DNA from: Dehalococcoidia bacterium
Lineage (GTDB): Bacteria > Chloroflexota > Dehalococcoidia > Lucifugimonadales > GCA-2712585
Direction of reading: 5' to 3'
NCBI GenBank assembly: GCA_965238215.1
Contig: OZ250180.1
Coordinates: 1,765,524-1,829,523, forward strand
DNA length: 64,000 nt
A program made the translations under genes and the position numbers. Every line of letters starts with the position of its first letter. The stretch's first letter is position 1. Below, piece by piece: positions 10,220 to 18,452 of the stretch. Under the pieces are notes generated by a model. It worked only from the letters and a program-made list of their open reading frames with translations, made no database searches and had not been told where the DNA came from.

Positions 10220-10906
10220 ATGAATGAACCAGAATCACCAATGAAGATAACCCCCCTCGGAGAACTCCAATGGTGGTCGCTGGAGGTTATCAGCGGCACC
10301 ATTCTGGCAATTGGTGTCGGCATCTTTGCCGGCCGCCAGTCCCTTGGGCTCGTCGTAACCTTCCTGGCCGCTGCTGCCGTTCTCCTCGGGGTCTTCCTCA
10401 TTGGCGCACTGCTTAGAAGGGTGGGGCATCGTCGGTCCACCATAATCGCCGCGCCGCCGGAACAGGTCTTCGACGCGGTGCTGACCCTGGCCGGCCACGG
10501 CGCCTTCCTACGCGCTCTCTGGGGTATTGCTTTGACGGTGGAGCGGCCCGCCAACGCCATCTTCCCCGACACTACCCTTGAGGGCATCTACAGCGTAGGC
10601 ACTGATCCTCTCAGCGTTTCCTCCTCCCGCAAGGGAGAATTAGCCCTGACTGTGGACGACGTCGAGCCTTCCCGAAAGCTGGTGCAGCACGCCGTCAACA
10701 AGTTCCGGGGGCGCACCACCCGCAGCGTTGGCGTGATTACCTTGGAACCCCACGAGGGCGGAACGCGGGTGACGGAACGAACGCGTCTGATCCTGCCCAT
10801 GAACGCCTCCCACTTTATCGGCGCGGTCTACTCCCGCATGGTTCTCCGCCACGCCTCATCAACCTTCCTAAAGGAACTGCAACGGGACGTGGAGCGCGGC
10901 GGCTAG
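10220..10906 (+). CDS. membrane-anchored SRPBCC (START/polyketide-cyclase-like) family protein
   Basis: Two N-terminal TM helices followed by an SRPBCC-like pattern (IIAAPPEQVFDAV ... ITLEPHEGGTRVT ... LKELQRDVE). Assignment rests on motif recollection. Confidence 0.55.
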   Translation: MNEPESPMKITPLGELQWWSLEVISGTILAIGVGIFAGRQSLGLVVTFLAAAAVLLGVFLIGALLRRVGHRRSTIIAAPPEQVFDAVLTLAGHGAFLRALWGIALTVERPANAIFPDTTLEGIYSVGTDPLSVSSSRKGELALTVDDVEPSRKLVQHAVNKFRGRTTRSVGVITLEPHEGGTRVTERTRLILPMNASHFIGAVYSRMVLRHASSTFLKELQRDVERGG

Positions 10907-10942
10907 ACACCAAACCTTAACCGCAACGCGTTGGAGCTTCTC

Positions 10943-10971
10943 TTGACATCCAAAGCTGCAATAGTTAGAGT
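10943..10971 (+). promoter_or_regulatory. candidate sigma70-type promoter for the coiled-coil gene
   Basis: TTGACA (10943-10948), 17-nt spacer, TAGAGT (10966-10971), about 50 nt upstream of ATG 11022. Confidence 0.4.
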
Positions 10972-11021
10972 ACATTTATGCTATTAAATGCAACAGATTC
11001 CCGCCCCACACAGAAACAAGA

Positions 11022-11357
11022 ATGGTCACGTTAGATGAACGAGTCAGCCGTTTAGAGGGCAAGATGGACTCTTTGGCGACCAAGGAGGATGTTGCAACCC
11101 TCCGGGCTGACATGATCGACCAGTTGGCAACCCTGCGCGCGGACATGACCGACCAGTTGGTAACCCTGCGCGCGGACATGACCGACCAGTTGGTAACCCT
11201 GCGCACCGACATGATGGAGCAGTTGGGGCAACAGCGGGCGGAGACAAAAGAGATGGAAGCTCGCATCATCGGGATGGAGGCTCGCATGCTCAAATGGACG
11301 ATGAGTACGGTTCTGGTCGGCATGGCTCTCGCAGTTACTGTCGGCATAGCCTTTTGA
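11022..11357 (+). CDS. tail-anchored coiled-coil protein with four 11-residue repeats (DUF1640-like architecture)
   Basis: MVTLDERVSRLEGKMDSLATKEDV, then 4 x (A/V)TLRADM(T/I)DQL, ending in a C-terminal TM (WTMSTVLVGMALAVTVGIAF). Confidence 0.7.
   Translation: MVTLDERVSRLEGKMDSLATKEDVATLRADMIDQLATLRADMTDQLVTLRADMTDQLVTLRTDMMEQLGQQRAETKEMEARIIGMEARMLKWTMSTVLVGMALAVTVGIAF
11094..11225 (+). repeat. 4 x 33-bp in-frame tandem repeat
   Basis: Units are 11094-11126, 11127-11159, 11160-11192 and 11193-11225. Units 2 and 3 differ at one base. Confidence 0.95.
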
Positions 11358-11412
11358 ATGGCATTCCCGATTAGCGGGTCCTGGCCAACCAACTTTAGTC
11401 ACACACGGAAAC

Positions 11413-11523
11413 ATGAACGCGTCCCATTTCATCGGCGCGGTATACTCCCGCATTGTGCTCCGCCGCGCCTCGTCCAGCCTCTTGCAGGAGCTGCAACGGT
11501 CGGTGGAAGGTGACTCACCCTAA
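11413..11523 (+). pseudogene. orphan duplicate of the 3' end of the SRPBCC gene
   Basis: MNASHFIGAVYSRIVLRRASSSLLQELQRSVEGDSP* versus the last 35 aa of 10220..10906 (MNASHFIGAVYSRMVLRHASSTFLKELQRDVERGG*). DNA identity is high over the first ~60 nt. Confidence 0.6.
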
Positions 11524-12116
11524 ATCCCTTCCCCCTTGATGGGGGAAGGTTGGGATGGGGGTACCCCCGCTTCGCAGGCCCGACGCAGAGCGGCCAAGGC
11601 CAGTTGCCGCACGTCTTCCGGCGGTGTCACAACCATTCCGTTGTCCATCGATATGGATGATCCGGCAGACAGCCTCTCCTTGGAAACCCATGTCCAGCCG
11701 GCGCGCAGCCCCTCCGTCCCATCCCCTTGTCTGTCCCGTAGCCGGCAGAAATAGATCAAGTCCACGTGCTCGTGGGGGCCTACCACCGGATCGTCGATAT
11801 CCTCCACCATGATCGTCTCCGGCGGGGGAATCTGCCTCGGATACGCAACATCCACCGGCAGATCCTTGGGGATGATCTCCGCCGAAATCCCCGTCTCCTC
11901 CAGGATCTCCCGCAACACGGTCGTCACAGGGTCTTCGCCGGCCTCCACGTGCCCCCCCGGAGGCAGCATTGCCTTTACCTTCGGGTGCCAGTGGAGGAGG
12001 ACCCGCCCACGGTGCGCAACGTAGCCGGTGGATGTGAAGTGGCGTTCGGTGGAACGTCCGCCCGACGGGACGCTACACAATACCGTCTTCCCGCAGCTCC
12101 CGCAGAGAGTCCTCAA
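11520..12116 (-). CDS. NUDIX hydrolase
   Basis: Nudix box GGHVEAGEDPVTTVLREILEETGI. The last ~10 codons (SPIKGEGI*) are encoded by the hairpin repeat at 11527-11549. Start uncertain. Confidence 0.8.
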   Translation of the reverse strand: MRTLCGSCGKTVLCSVPSGGRSTERHFTSTGYVAHRGRVLLHWHPKVKAMLPPGGHVEAGEDPVTTVLREILEETGISAEIIPKDLPVDVAYPRQIPPPETIMVEDIDDPVVGPHEHVDLIYFCRLRDRQGDGTEGLRAGWTWVSKERLSAGSSISMDNGMVVTPPEDVRQLALAALRRACEAGVPPSQPSPIKGEGI

Positions 12117-13422
12117 AGGCCTGTATAGTCCTGTCTATCTGCTCCTCAGTGTGGGCCGCCGATACCATGAACACCTGCCCCCCCATGACGTGGACGCCGT
12201 GGTTGAGCATAGCCTTGGTCAGATATCCGGTGCGCTTGCCCGTCATGGCGGCGCGCCTGTCCTCGTAGCTGATTACAGGGGCCTCGTAGTCCCCCGTGGG
12301 TTCCAGCCCCATTATGGGGTTGACCAGGGACGCGATGCCGTAGGCGAACCCGGGCACTTCCGACCGAATGAACGCTTTGTTGATCCCCGCCCTCAGACGG
12401 GCCGCCAGGGCGTCGGCCCGCTCGTTCACGGGCCTCTCCGCAATCATCTTCAGGCCAACGATACCCCCAATGGCCGTGGGCGGGTTGGCGTTGAAAGTCC
12501 CCCCCTGCCCGATGCGGCGGTGATTGTCCCAGTCCGGCTCACCCCTGAAGGACATCATCTCCATTATCTCAGCCTTGCCCCCAACGGCCGCTCCGGGCAT
12601 CCCGCCCGCAACAATCTTGCCGAAGGTCGTCAGGTCGGGCTCCACGTTGTACCGCACCTGGGCTCCTCCCTTGGAGATGCGGAACCCGGTGATGGTCTCG
12701 TCGAAGAGAAGCACCACGCCGTAGCGGGCCGTTACCTCACGAAGCTGCTGTAGGAAGGGGTCTGGCTGGAGGGGGAAGCAACTGTAGTGGGCGCCCGTAG
12801 GCTCCAGCATCACCACCCCAACCTCCGGGTCGTTCTTCAAGACCTCCTCCACCTCTTCGATGTTGGGGCGGACCACAATCACCATGTCGATGATGGCCTG
12901 GGGCACAGAGGCGGGCGGGGCGTTTCCCTGGGACGGCAGAGCGTACTCGTGCCAGCCGTGGAAGTGCTCCTCGAACTTGAGAATCTTCGGCTTGCCGTTG
13001 AAGGCCCGGGCCAGCCGAATAGCCAAATAGGTGGACTCAGTGCCGGAGTTGGTAAACCTTACCTGCTCCACTGAGGGCACCAACCGCATGATCGCGTCGG
13101 CCCACTCCATCTCAAAGGGGGTGTTGCCGCCCAAATGGGTGCCCTGGGCCACCTGCGACGAGATAGCGGCCACTATTTCCGGGTGGCTGTGGCCGTGGAG
13201 AAGCGCTCCGTTGCCCATTACGTAGTCGATGACCTCGTTGCCGTCCAGGTCGTACTTCACGCCGCCGTTGGCCCTGTTGAAGTAGACGGGGAAGGGCTCG
13301 GCGAACCGGTTCTGATGGGTTATGCCGCTGGGGAAGTAGCCCACGGCCTTCTGATATAGCTGGGCCGAGGCCGGAAACTTTTCAATGTAACGCTGGTCAA
13401 TGGCGGACACGATGCACCTCAC
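12073..13422 (-). CDS. class-III (GSA-aminomutase-like) PLP aminotransferase
   Basis: FTNSGTESTYLAIRLARA, DETITGFR and TFGKIVAGGMP motifs. 449 aa. Confidence 0.9.
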   Translation of the reverse strand: MRCIVSAIDQRYIEKFPASAQLYQKAVGYFPSGITHQNRFAEPFPVYFNRANGGVKYDLDGNEVIDYVMGNGALLHGHSHPEIVAAISSQVAQGTHLGGNTPFEMEWADAIMRLVPSVEQVRFTNSGTESTYLAIRLARAFNGKPKILKFEEHFHGWHEYALPSQGNAPPASVPQAIIDMVIVVRPNIEEVEEVLKNDPEVGVVMLEPTGAHYSCFPLQPDPFLQQLREVTARYGVVLLFDETITGFRISKGGAQVRYNVEPDLTTFGKIVAGGMPGAAVGGKAEIMEMMSFRGEPDWDNHRRIGQGGTFNANPPTAIGGIVGLKMIAERPVNERADALAARLRAGINKAFIRSEVPGFAYGIASLVNPIMGLEPTGDYEAPVISYEDRRAAMTGKRTGYLTKAMLNHGVHVMGGQVFMVSAAHTEEQIDRTIQAFEDSLRELREDGIV

Positions 13423-13521
13423 AACATTCGATTAGACCAATAGCTTACACCCAACACCCCATCAGGGAAAGTGGGCGCCCAAGCCGCCGTCCCTCGAATC
13501 GCCAGTCCCGTCTCAGAGGCG

Positions 13522-13956
13522 CTACGGTTTGCTTGGAACCGACAGAGACATGCTCCTGCTTGGACCATCCAATGTGAATACAAGCTCGCTCAAGATGTCC
13601 ATTCCGATGAGGGCCAACACGTTGTGTTGTTCCTGCAAAGGCAGCGACACAAAAGTGTTCGCTACGGTTATGTCCCATTCTGGAAGGTGGAGCAGCCCAG
13701 TAAACTGTCGAGCCTCGCGTCTTCCCGCCCCGCCTTGAATGGCCATGGTCGTACCCGTTTCCGGCAGATCCAGCGACAGCGCAAACCCCAAGTCCAGAAC
13801 GGAAACTTGTGCGCCGGTGTCTATCAGCATCGTACCGCTTCCATTAGGGGCGGAAGAACTAAGGCCTAAATTCCCAATGCTAACTTGAACGCCGTCTACG
13901 TTCCCAATAATTCCGTAAACCAGCCGCTGGTTGTTATAGATCCCGGACAGGCGCAC
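13522..13956 (-). CDS. retropepsin-like (clan AA) aspartic protease
   Basis: LIDTGAQ catalytic motif plus ALIGMDIL flap/dimer motif. About 144 aa, GTG start, lower-GC islet. Confidence 0.7.
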   Translation of the reverse strand: MRLSGIYNNQRLVYGIIGNVDGVQVSIGNLGLSSSAPNGSGTMLIDTGAQVSVLDLGFALSLDLPETGTTMAIQGGAGRREARQFTGLLHLPEWDITVANTFVSLPLQEQHNVLALIGMDILSELVFTLDGPSRSMSLSVPSKP

Positions 13957-14197
13957 GATTCACGCGGACGAACGGATGCGACGCTTGGAGAACATAGCCG
14001 ATGCGTTTAACTAGACACACCTGGTCGGACACCAATTTTAAGACGACTTCCGACGCCTCGCGGTTAGTGTCATATATGCCGACAAGCTTCTCCCTTGACA
14101 CAACCGCCCACTTGCCAAACGAGTTGGCTTCGAGCCCAACGCGAATCGTTTCATAAAAGGCGTTCTGCCGTTCCAGGGCATCTCTTCTATCTCGCAC
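13934..14197 (-). CDS. small hypothetical protein (DUF5678-like pattern) upstream of the protease
   Basis: AAGGAG SD 7 nt before GTG 14197. GKWAVVSREKLVGIYDTNREA pattern. Overlaps the protease start by 23 nt. Confidence 0.5.
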   Translation of the reverse strand: MRDRRDALERQNAFYETIRVGLEANSFGKWAVVSREKLVGIYDTNREASEVVLKLVSDQVCLVKRIGYVLQASHPFVRVNRAPVRDL

Positions 14198-14397
14198 GAA
14201 ATGTCTCCTTTAGCCTGCCTCCGAAAGTGTAATCCAAAACTGCCCGGTCATTCGCCTTGTTGGTCTATGAACGGTATTGGGCGGTTGGACTTCCTATCCG
14301 GCGTATCGAGATTCGTGCCGTGCGGCACGTTTTCCACCAACCATAGGCCCAAAGGCTTGCGAGGATTGACCCTATCCACTTTCTCTACCCCCACCCC

Positions 14398-15960
14398 TCA
14401 CCGCGCGTTATAAACGGAATGGGGACGCAGCTCCTCCGACACCGACCCGGCGTAGTATGCCTTCAGATGTGGTCGCACCTCCAGCGCCAGTTCCTCCAGC
14501 GCCAGTTCCTCGTCCGTCTGCGGCCTGTCCAGATTTGCCCGGATCTCCTTGTACAGAGCATCCTTATCCACCCGCGTCACCCGGCCCTCCCGCATCACCA
14601 CTTCCCCGTCTACAATCGTCATGTCCACGTCCACGCCCCGGGCCCTATGCACCAGCGCGTCCAGAATGGATACGTCCGGGTTCAGGTAGGGCTGGTCCAA
14701 CCGGGACAGACGCACAAGGGCCATGTCCGCCCTTCGGCCTGCCTCCAGCGTTCCCACCTGGCCGGCAAAGCCGCTGGCGTCAGCCCCGTTCTCCGTGGCC
14801 ATCCGAAACACCTGGGCCGGCGTTATCGCGTCGAACTCCACCGTCGGCAGCCGGTGAATCTTCAGCGCCAGCCGCATCTCCTGAAACATATCCTTGTCGT
14901 CGTTCATCCCCATGTCGTCGGTGCCGATGGCCACCGGAATCCCCTCCTCCACGAACCGGTGAACCGGCGCAATACCGGAGAGAAGCCGGAAGTTGGAGCT
15001 GGCGTTGTGGCACACAGACGCGCCCGATTCCTTAAACACCGCCATGTCCTCGTCGGTGACCCAAACGCTGTGTCCGCAGACAACGTCCGGCCCCAGAAAG
15101 CCGATATCCTGCAGGTGCTTCAACGGCGTCGTTCCGTAGATGCGCTGGCCGAAGAGCCGCTGGTAGACCGTCTCGGCGAGGTGTATATGGCTCGTTGTGT
15201 TGTACTTCTCCGACAGCCCCTTCAGCCCCATCAGTAGCTCGTCGGAACACCGCTGTACGTTCGTGGGCGCCGTGTTGATGATCGTCCGGGCGCTCGGCGG
15301 TCCGTGATACTTCTTGAACAGGTCCTCCGACTGTCCGATCATCTCGTCCACCGGCACATAGCTCTTTCCCATGAAGGCCTCGAAGCGACGGCCCAACTCC
15401 AGGGGGAGCTGGCGGAAAAACTCCTTCTCGCCGCCCCGGGGGCCCGCGATCATGGAGTTCTGGTCCTGCAGATTGGGGGCATAGGAGAGCCGCACCCCCG
15501 CGTCCTGGTACGCGCGAATCACTTTGTCCGTCGACACTTCGTCTATGGGCGCCGTGCCCCTGCCGGGCGTGTACATTATCTGTACCGTTGTCGTACCCGT
15601 CTCCAGCATGTCGATGGCCCCGTGCAGATGCTCCAGGTAAGGGTCCAGCTGACGAGAGCCTATGCGGCCAATGCCGGATAGTTCCAGGGGCGCGTGGGGG
15701 ACTCCCAGCTGTACGGCCGAAAATCCGACGTGGTCGTGGTCGTTGACCAGGCCGGGAATGACCACGTGGTCGGGTGAACCCACCATCTCCGCAAAAGGAT
15801 GATTCTCCTTCAACGACTGGTAGTCCCCAACGTCAACGATGCGTCCGCCTTCCTGATATACCGCTCCGTCGGTAATGATTATCGCGTCGTCAGGGCCGAC
15901 GACTTTGCATATGACGTACTTGCCTCTAACCAGCAGCGAACTCATCATTCGATCCCCCAT
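14398..15960 (-). CDS. amidohydrolase-superfamily aminohydrolase (chlorohydrolase/deaminase-like)
   Basis: VIPGLVNDHDHVG metal site, HIHLAET, HSVWV and AIGTDD motifs. Confidence 0.85.
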   Translation of the reverse strand: MGDRMMSSLLVRGKYVICKVVGPDDAIIITDGAVYQEGGRIVDVGDYQSLKENHPFAEMVGSPDHVVIPGLVNDHDHVGFSAVQLGVPHAPLELSGIGRIGSRQLDPYLEHLHGAIDMLETGTTTVQIMYTPGRGTAPIDEVSTDKVIRAYQDAGVRLSYAPNLQDQNSMIAGPRGGEKEFFRQLPLELGRRFEAFMGKSYVPVDEMIGQSEDLFKKYHGPPSARTIINTAPTNVQRCSDELLMGLKGLSEKYNTTSHIHLAETVYQRLFGQRIYGTTPLKHLQDIGFLGPDVVCGHSVWVTDEDMAVFKESGASVCHNASSNFRLLSGIAPVHRFVEEGIPVAIGTDDMGMNDDKDMFQEMRLALKIHRLPTVEFDAITPAQVFRMATENGADASGFAGQVGTLEAGRRADMALVRLSRLDQPYLNPDVSILDALVHRARGVDVDMTIVDGEVVMREGRVTRVDKDALYKEIRANLDRPQTDEELALEELALEVRPHLKAYYAGSVSEELRPHSVYNAR

Positions 15961-15982
15961 TACGTAATGACTTGGGTTGAGA

Positions 15983-17704
15983 TCAACGGCCCACCCACCA
16001 TTGGCCCCAAGCCGACTGGATGGCCTCTGGATCGAAGTCGTCGTTCAGAATAGCGTCAATGACCCGTGGTTCCCCGGAGGCCAGCGCCTCCCTCACAGCC
16101 GGCCTCAGCTCTTCGGGCCGCTCCACCCGGACCCCGTGAACACCGAAGGCCTTCGCCAGAGCGGCGAAATCCAGCGGGTGGTCGTAGAAGTCCATGCCTA
16201 TGTACCGACTCTGCCGCTCCCTTCCCGTGAGATAGCGGGCCATGTTCTCTCGCAGCACCTTGTAGCTGCCGTTGTTGCAGATAACGTAGACAACCGGAAT
16301 CTGATAGTTGACCGCCGTCCAGAGAGCCTGGATGGTGAACATGGCCGTGCCGTCGCCAATGATCCCCACCACCGGGCGATCGGGTGCAGCCAGCTTCATG
16401 CCCAGAGTTGCCCCCATGCCGAACCCCAAACTTCCGCCGCGGCCTCCCACCAAGGAACCGGGTTCATCGAAGTCCAGCGCTCCCATCAGGGCGCTGCGCA
16501 CGGTGATAGAGTCGTCGCACACCAGCACGTCAGGCGGAAGGGAGCGGCGAAGCTCCACGGCGAAGCGTTCGGGCGATGTGGGCGACTCGTCCCATCGTCG
16601 CTCTACCAACGCGTCGAAGACTTCCCCTCGTCGGCGCTTCTCCCGGGCAACGGCTTCTCCCCTCTCGCGGGCCGCCTCCGCTTCCGCAGCCGTCATCCTT
16701 TCCGAAAGTGTCTGGGAAAGCTGCTTCAGGCTGCCGGCGATGTCTCCCAGGACCCCCGCTGCCACGGGATAAGAACGCTGAATGTCCCAATCGCTGCAGT
16801 CCAGATGTATTAGCTTGGGTGGGCCGCTAAAGGTCGCCTCCGGCGTGGGTATGGACTGGACCATGACCTCGGTGCCCACCGCAAGAATAATATCTGCGGC
16901 GTCGAACCGTTCCTTCATATCCCGGTGCAGCCAGCTGGTATCGAAGGCGCCCATGTAGTGGGGGTGGGAACTTGGCATGTGCACTTCCGAGAAGCTGGTG
17001 GCGAACACCGGCGCGCCAATCTGCTCCGCCATACGGGCCACCAACGCCGGTGCTCCTAGAGACTGCGATACCCGGTCTCCCACCAGCATCAGCGGGCGTT
17101 GCGCCGTCGAAAGCAGCCGCGCCGCCCGCTCCACCGCCCGTGGGTCCGGCAGCACGCGGAAATAGTGGTCGACGGAGGGAGCTATATCCATCTCCGCCTC
17201 CCTGCTCATGGAGTCCCAGGCAAAGGACACGAAAACGGGCCCCGTGGGTGGCGTGCTGGCCACTTTGAAGGCCCGGCGCACGATGGCTGGCACGTCTTCC
17301 GGCGTGGTCACCTCTCCCGCCCATTTGGTGTACTCCCGCATGACGTTGACCATGTTGGAGTAGAGAGTCGGGTTGTGAAGCTGCAAGCTAGTGGCCGTCT
17401 GTCCTGCCGTTATCACCATGGGCGTGCCGCCCCTCCAGGAGTTGTACATGACGGCGATGCTGTTTGACACGCCCACGGAGATGTGGAAGTTCATGAAGGC
17501 GGGACGCTGGGTTATGCGGGCATACCCGTCGGCCATGCCTGCGGCCACCCCTTCAAAAAGACTGGTCACGTACTGGATGTCGGGGGCGTCTTGGAGAGCG
17601 TCAAGGAAAGGCAGCTCCGTGGTGCCGGGGTTGCCGAAAACGTACCGAACACCTTCGGCCCGCAGCATCTCCACCAGCGCCCGCTGCCCCGTCATCCGCG
17701 CCAC
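15983..17704 (-). CDS. thiamine-pyrophosphate enzyme (benzoylformate decarboxylase/acetolactate synthase-like)
   Basis: N-terminal GVRYVFGNPGTTELPF and TPP-binding GIIGDGTAMF...NNGSY motif. GTG start. Confidence 0.9.
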   Translation of the reverse strand: MARMTGQRALVEMLRAEGVRYVFGNPGTTELPFLDALQDAPDIQYVTSLFEGVAAGMADGYARITQRPAFMNFHISVGVSNSIAVMYNSWRGGTPMVITAGQTATSLQLHNPTLYSNMVNVMREYTKWAGEVTTPEDVPAIVRRAFKVASTPPTGPVFVSFAWDSMSREAEMDIAPSVDHYFRVLPDPRAVERAARLLSTAQRPLMLVGDRVSQSLGAPALVARMAEQIGAPVFATSFSEVHMPSSHPHYMGAFDTSWLHRDMKERFDAADIILAVGTEVMVQSIPTPEATFSGPPKLIHLDCSDWDIQRSYPVAAGVLGDIAGSLKQLSQTLSERMTAAEAEAARERGEAVAREKRRRGEVFDALVERRWDESPTSPERFAVELRRSLPPDVLVCDDSITVRSALMGALDFDEPGSLVGGRGGSLGFGMGATLGMKLAAPDRPVVGIIGDGTAMFTIQALWTAVNYQIPVVYVICNNGSYKVLRENMARYLTGRERQSRYIGMDFYDHPLDFAALAKAFGVHGVRVERPEELRPAVREALASGEPRVIDAILNDDFDPEAIQSAWGQWWVGR

Positions 17705-17722
17705 GCCGGCCTTAACCCCTCT

Positions 17723-17738
17723 CCCGCCGCAGGGCGGC
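17723..17738. repeat. left copy of a 16-bp exact direct repeat cccgccgcagggcggc bracketing the R-M islet
   Basis: Identical 16-mer at 19657-19672. This copy lies 19 nt upstream of the TPP-enzyme start. Confidence 0.85.
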
Positions 17739-17848
17739 TGAGTTTAACTGGTTTGCCGAGTTCGTATCAATCAATCCCCTTACCTCAATGGTATATACTG
17801 GCACAAACGCTGACAGTTTGACCAGCATTTGACGAGGACATATGCGCA

Positions 17849-18451
17849 GTGGCAATCGTTAGAAATGCTGTAGACAGGTCGAAGTTCAACCCATCCGCCC
17901 ATCTCCCCTACAACCTTCGCATCATGGATTTCGAGTCAACAATGCAGGATGTCTACGATTTCTTCTACGACGTGAACTCTCATCTGGTTGAAAGAGGTCT
18001 TGAACGCCTCGATGACATGCTTAGGCCGGCCATCATGTCCGGCGTTTTATCCGACATGATATCTGCAAGTCTGGCAAAGCATTCCCGTGTTCTTACGGAG
18101 AACAATTACTTCAACGGTCATCCGGACCTTGTTGTGCAAGGTCGATACGCTGGCAATTCCGCAAAAGCCGGCGCCCACGGAGGGGAAATAAAGACGACCA
18201 GGAAGCGTGGCGGCGCAGTGGACACCCACGGAGCACGGGAGCAATGGATGTGCGCATTCGTCTACACCGTAGACAACCAAACTGAGCCTGCTATTGAAAG
18301 AAAACCCATGACCTTCACGGAGGTTTACTTGGGGCACGTAACCGAAGATGACTTCCGGCGTAATCCTCGAGGCGAACTTGGCACTCGCACCGCTACGTTA
18401 GACCGACACGGCATTCGCAAGCTTAGGGAGCAATGGGTCTACCTAGCGTGA
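17849..18451 (+). CDS. type II restriction endonuclease (PD-(D/E)XK fold)
   Basis: GHPDLVV-x19-GEIKTT fits the PD...ExK motif. Convergent with, and 1 nt from, a DNA methyltransferase. Lower-GC islet. Specificity unknown. Confidence 0.65.
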   Translation: MAIVRNAVDRSKFNPSAHLPYNLRIMDFESTMQDVYDFFYDVNSHLVERGLERLDDMLRPAIMSGVLSDMISASLAKHSRVLTENNYFNGHPDLVVQGRYAGNSAKAGAHGGEIKTTRKRGGAVDTHGAREQWMCAFVYTVDNQTEPAIERKPMTFTEVYLGHVTEDDFRRNPRGELGTRTATLDRHGIRKLREQWVYLA

Positions 18452-18452
18452 G

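Noticed and set aside
10976-11453. Minus-strand ORFs 10976..11392 and 11052..11453 with internal repeats
   Set aside because: They are antisense translations of the 33-bp repeat gene. The plus-strand frame has the promoter, a sensible coiled-coil/TM architecture and a better start context.
13934-13956. Programmed frameshift joining the 87-aa ORF to the aspartic protease
   Set aside because: The protease frame is closed by a TGA two codons upstream of its GTG. There is no slippery heptamer, and a free-standing ~140-aa retropepsin is a normal size. Simple overlap or translational coupling is sufficient.
14314-14333. Hairpin CGTGCCG-tg-CGGCACG followed by TTTT as a plus-strand terminator or sRNA 3' end
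   Set aside because: There is no credible plus-strand gene or promoter upstream. On the minus strand (downstream of the amidohydrolase) it lacks a U-tract. It cannot be assigned without transcript data.
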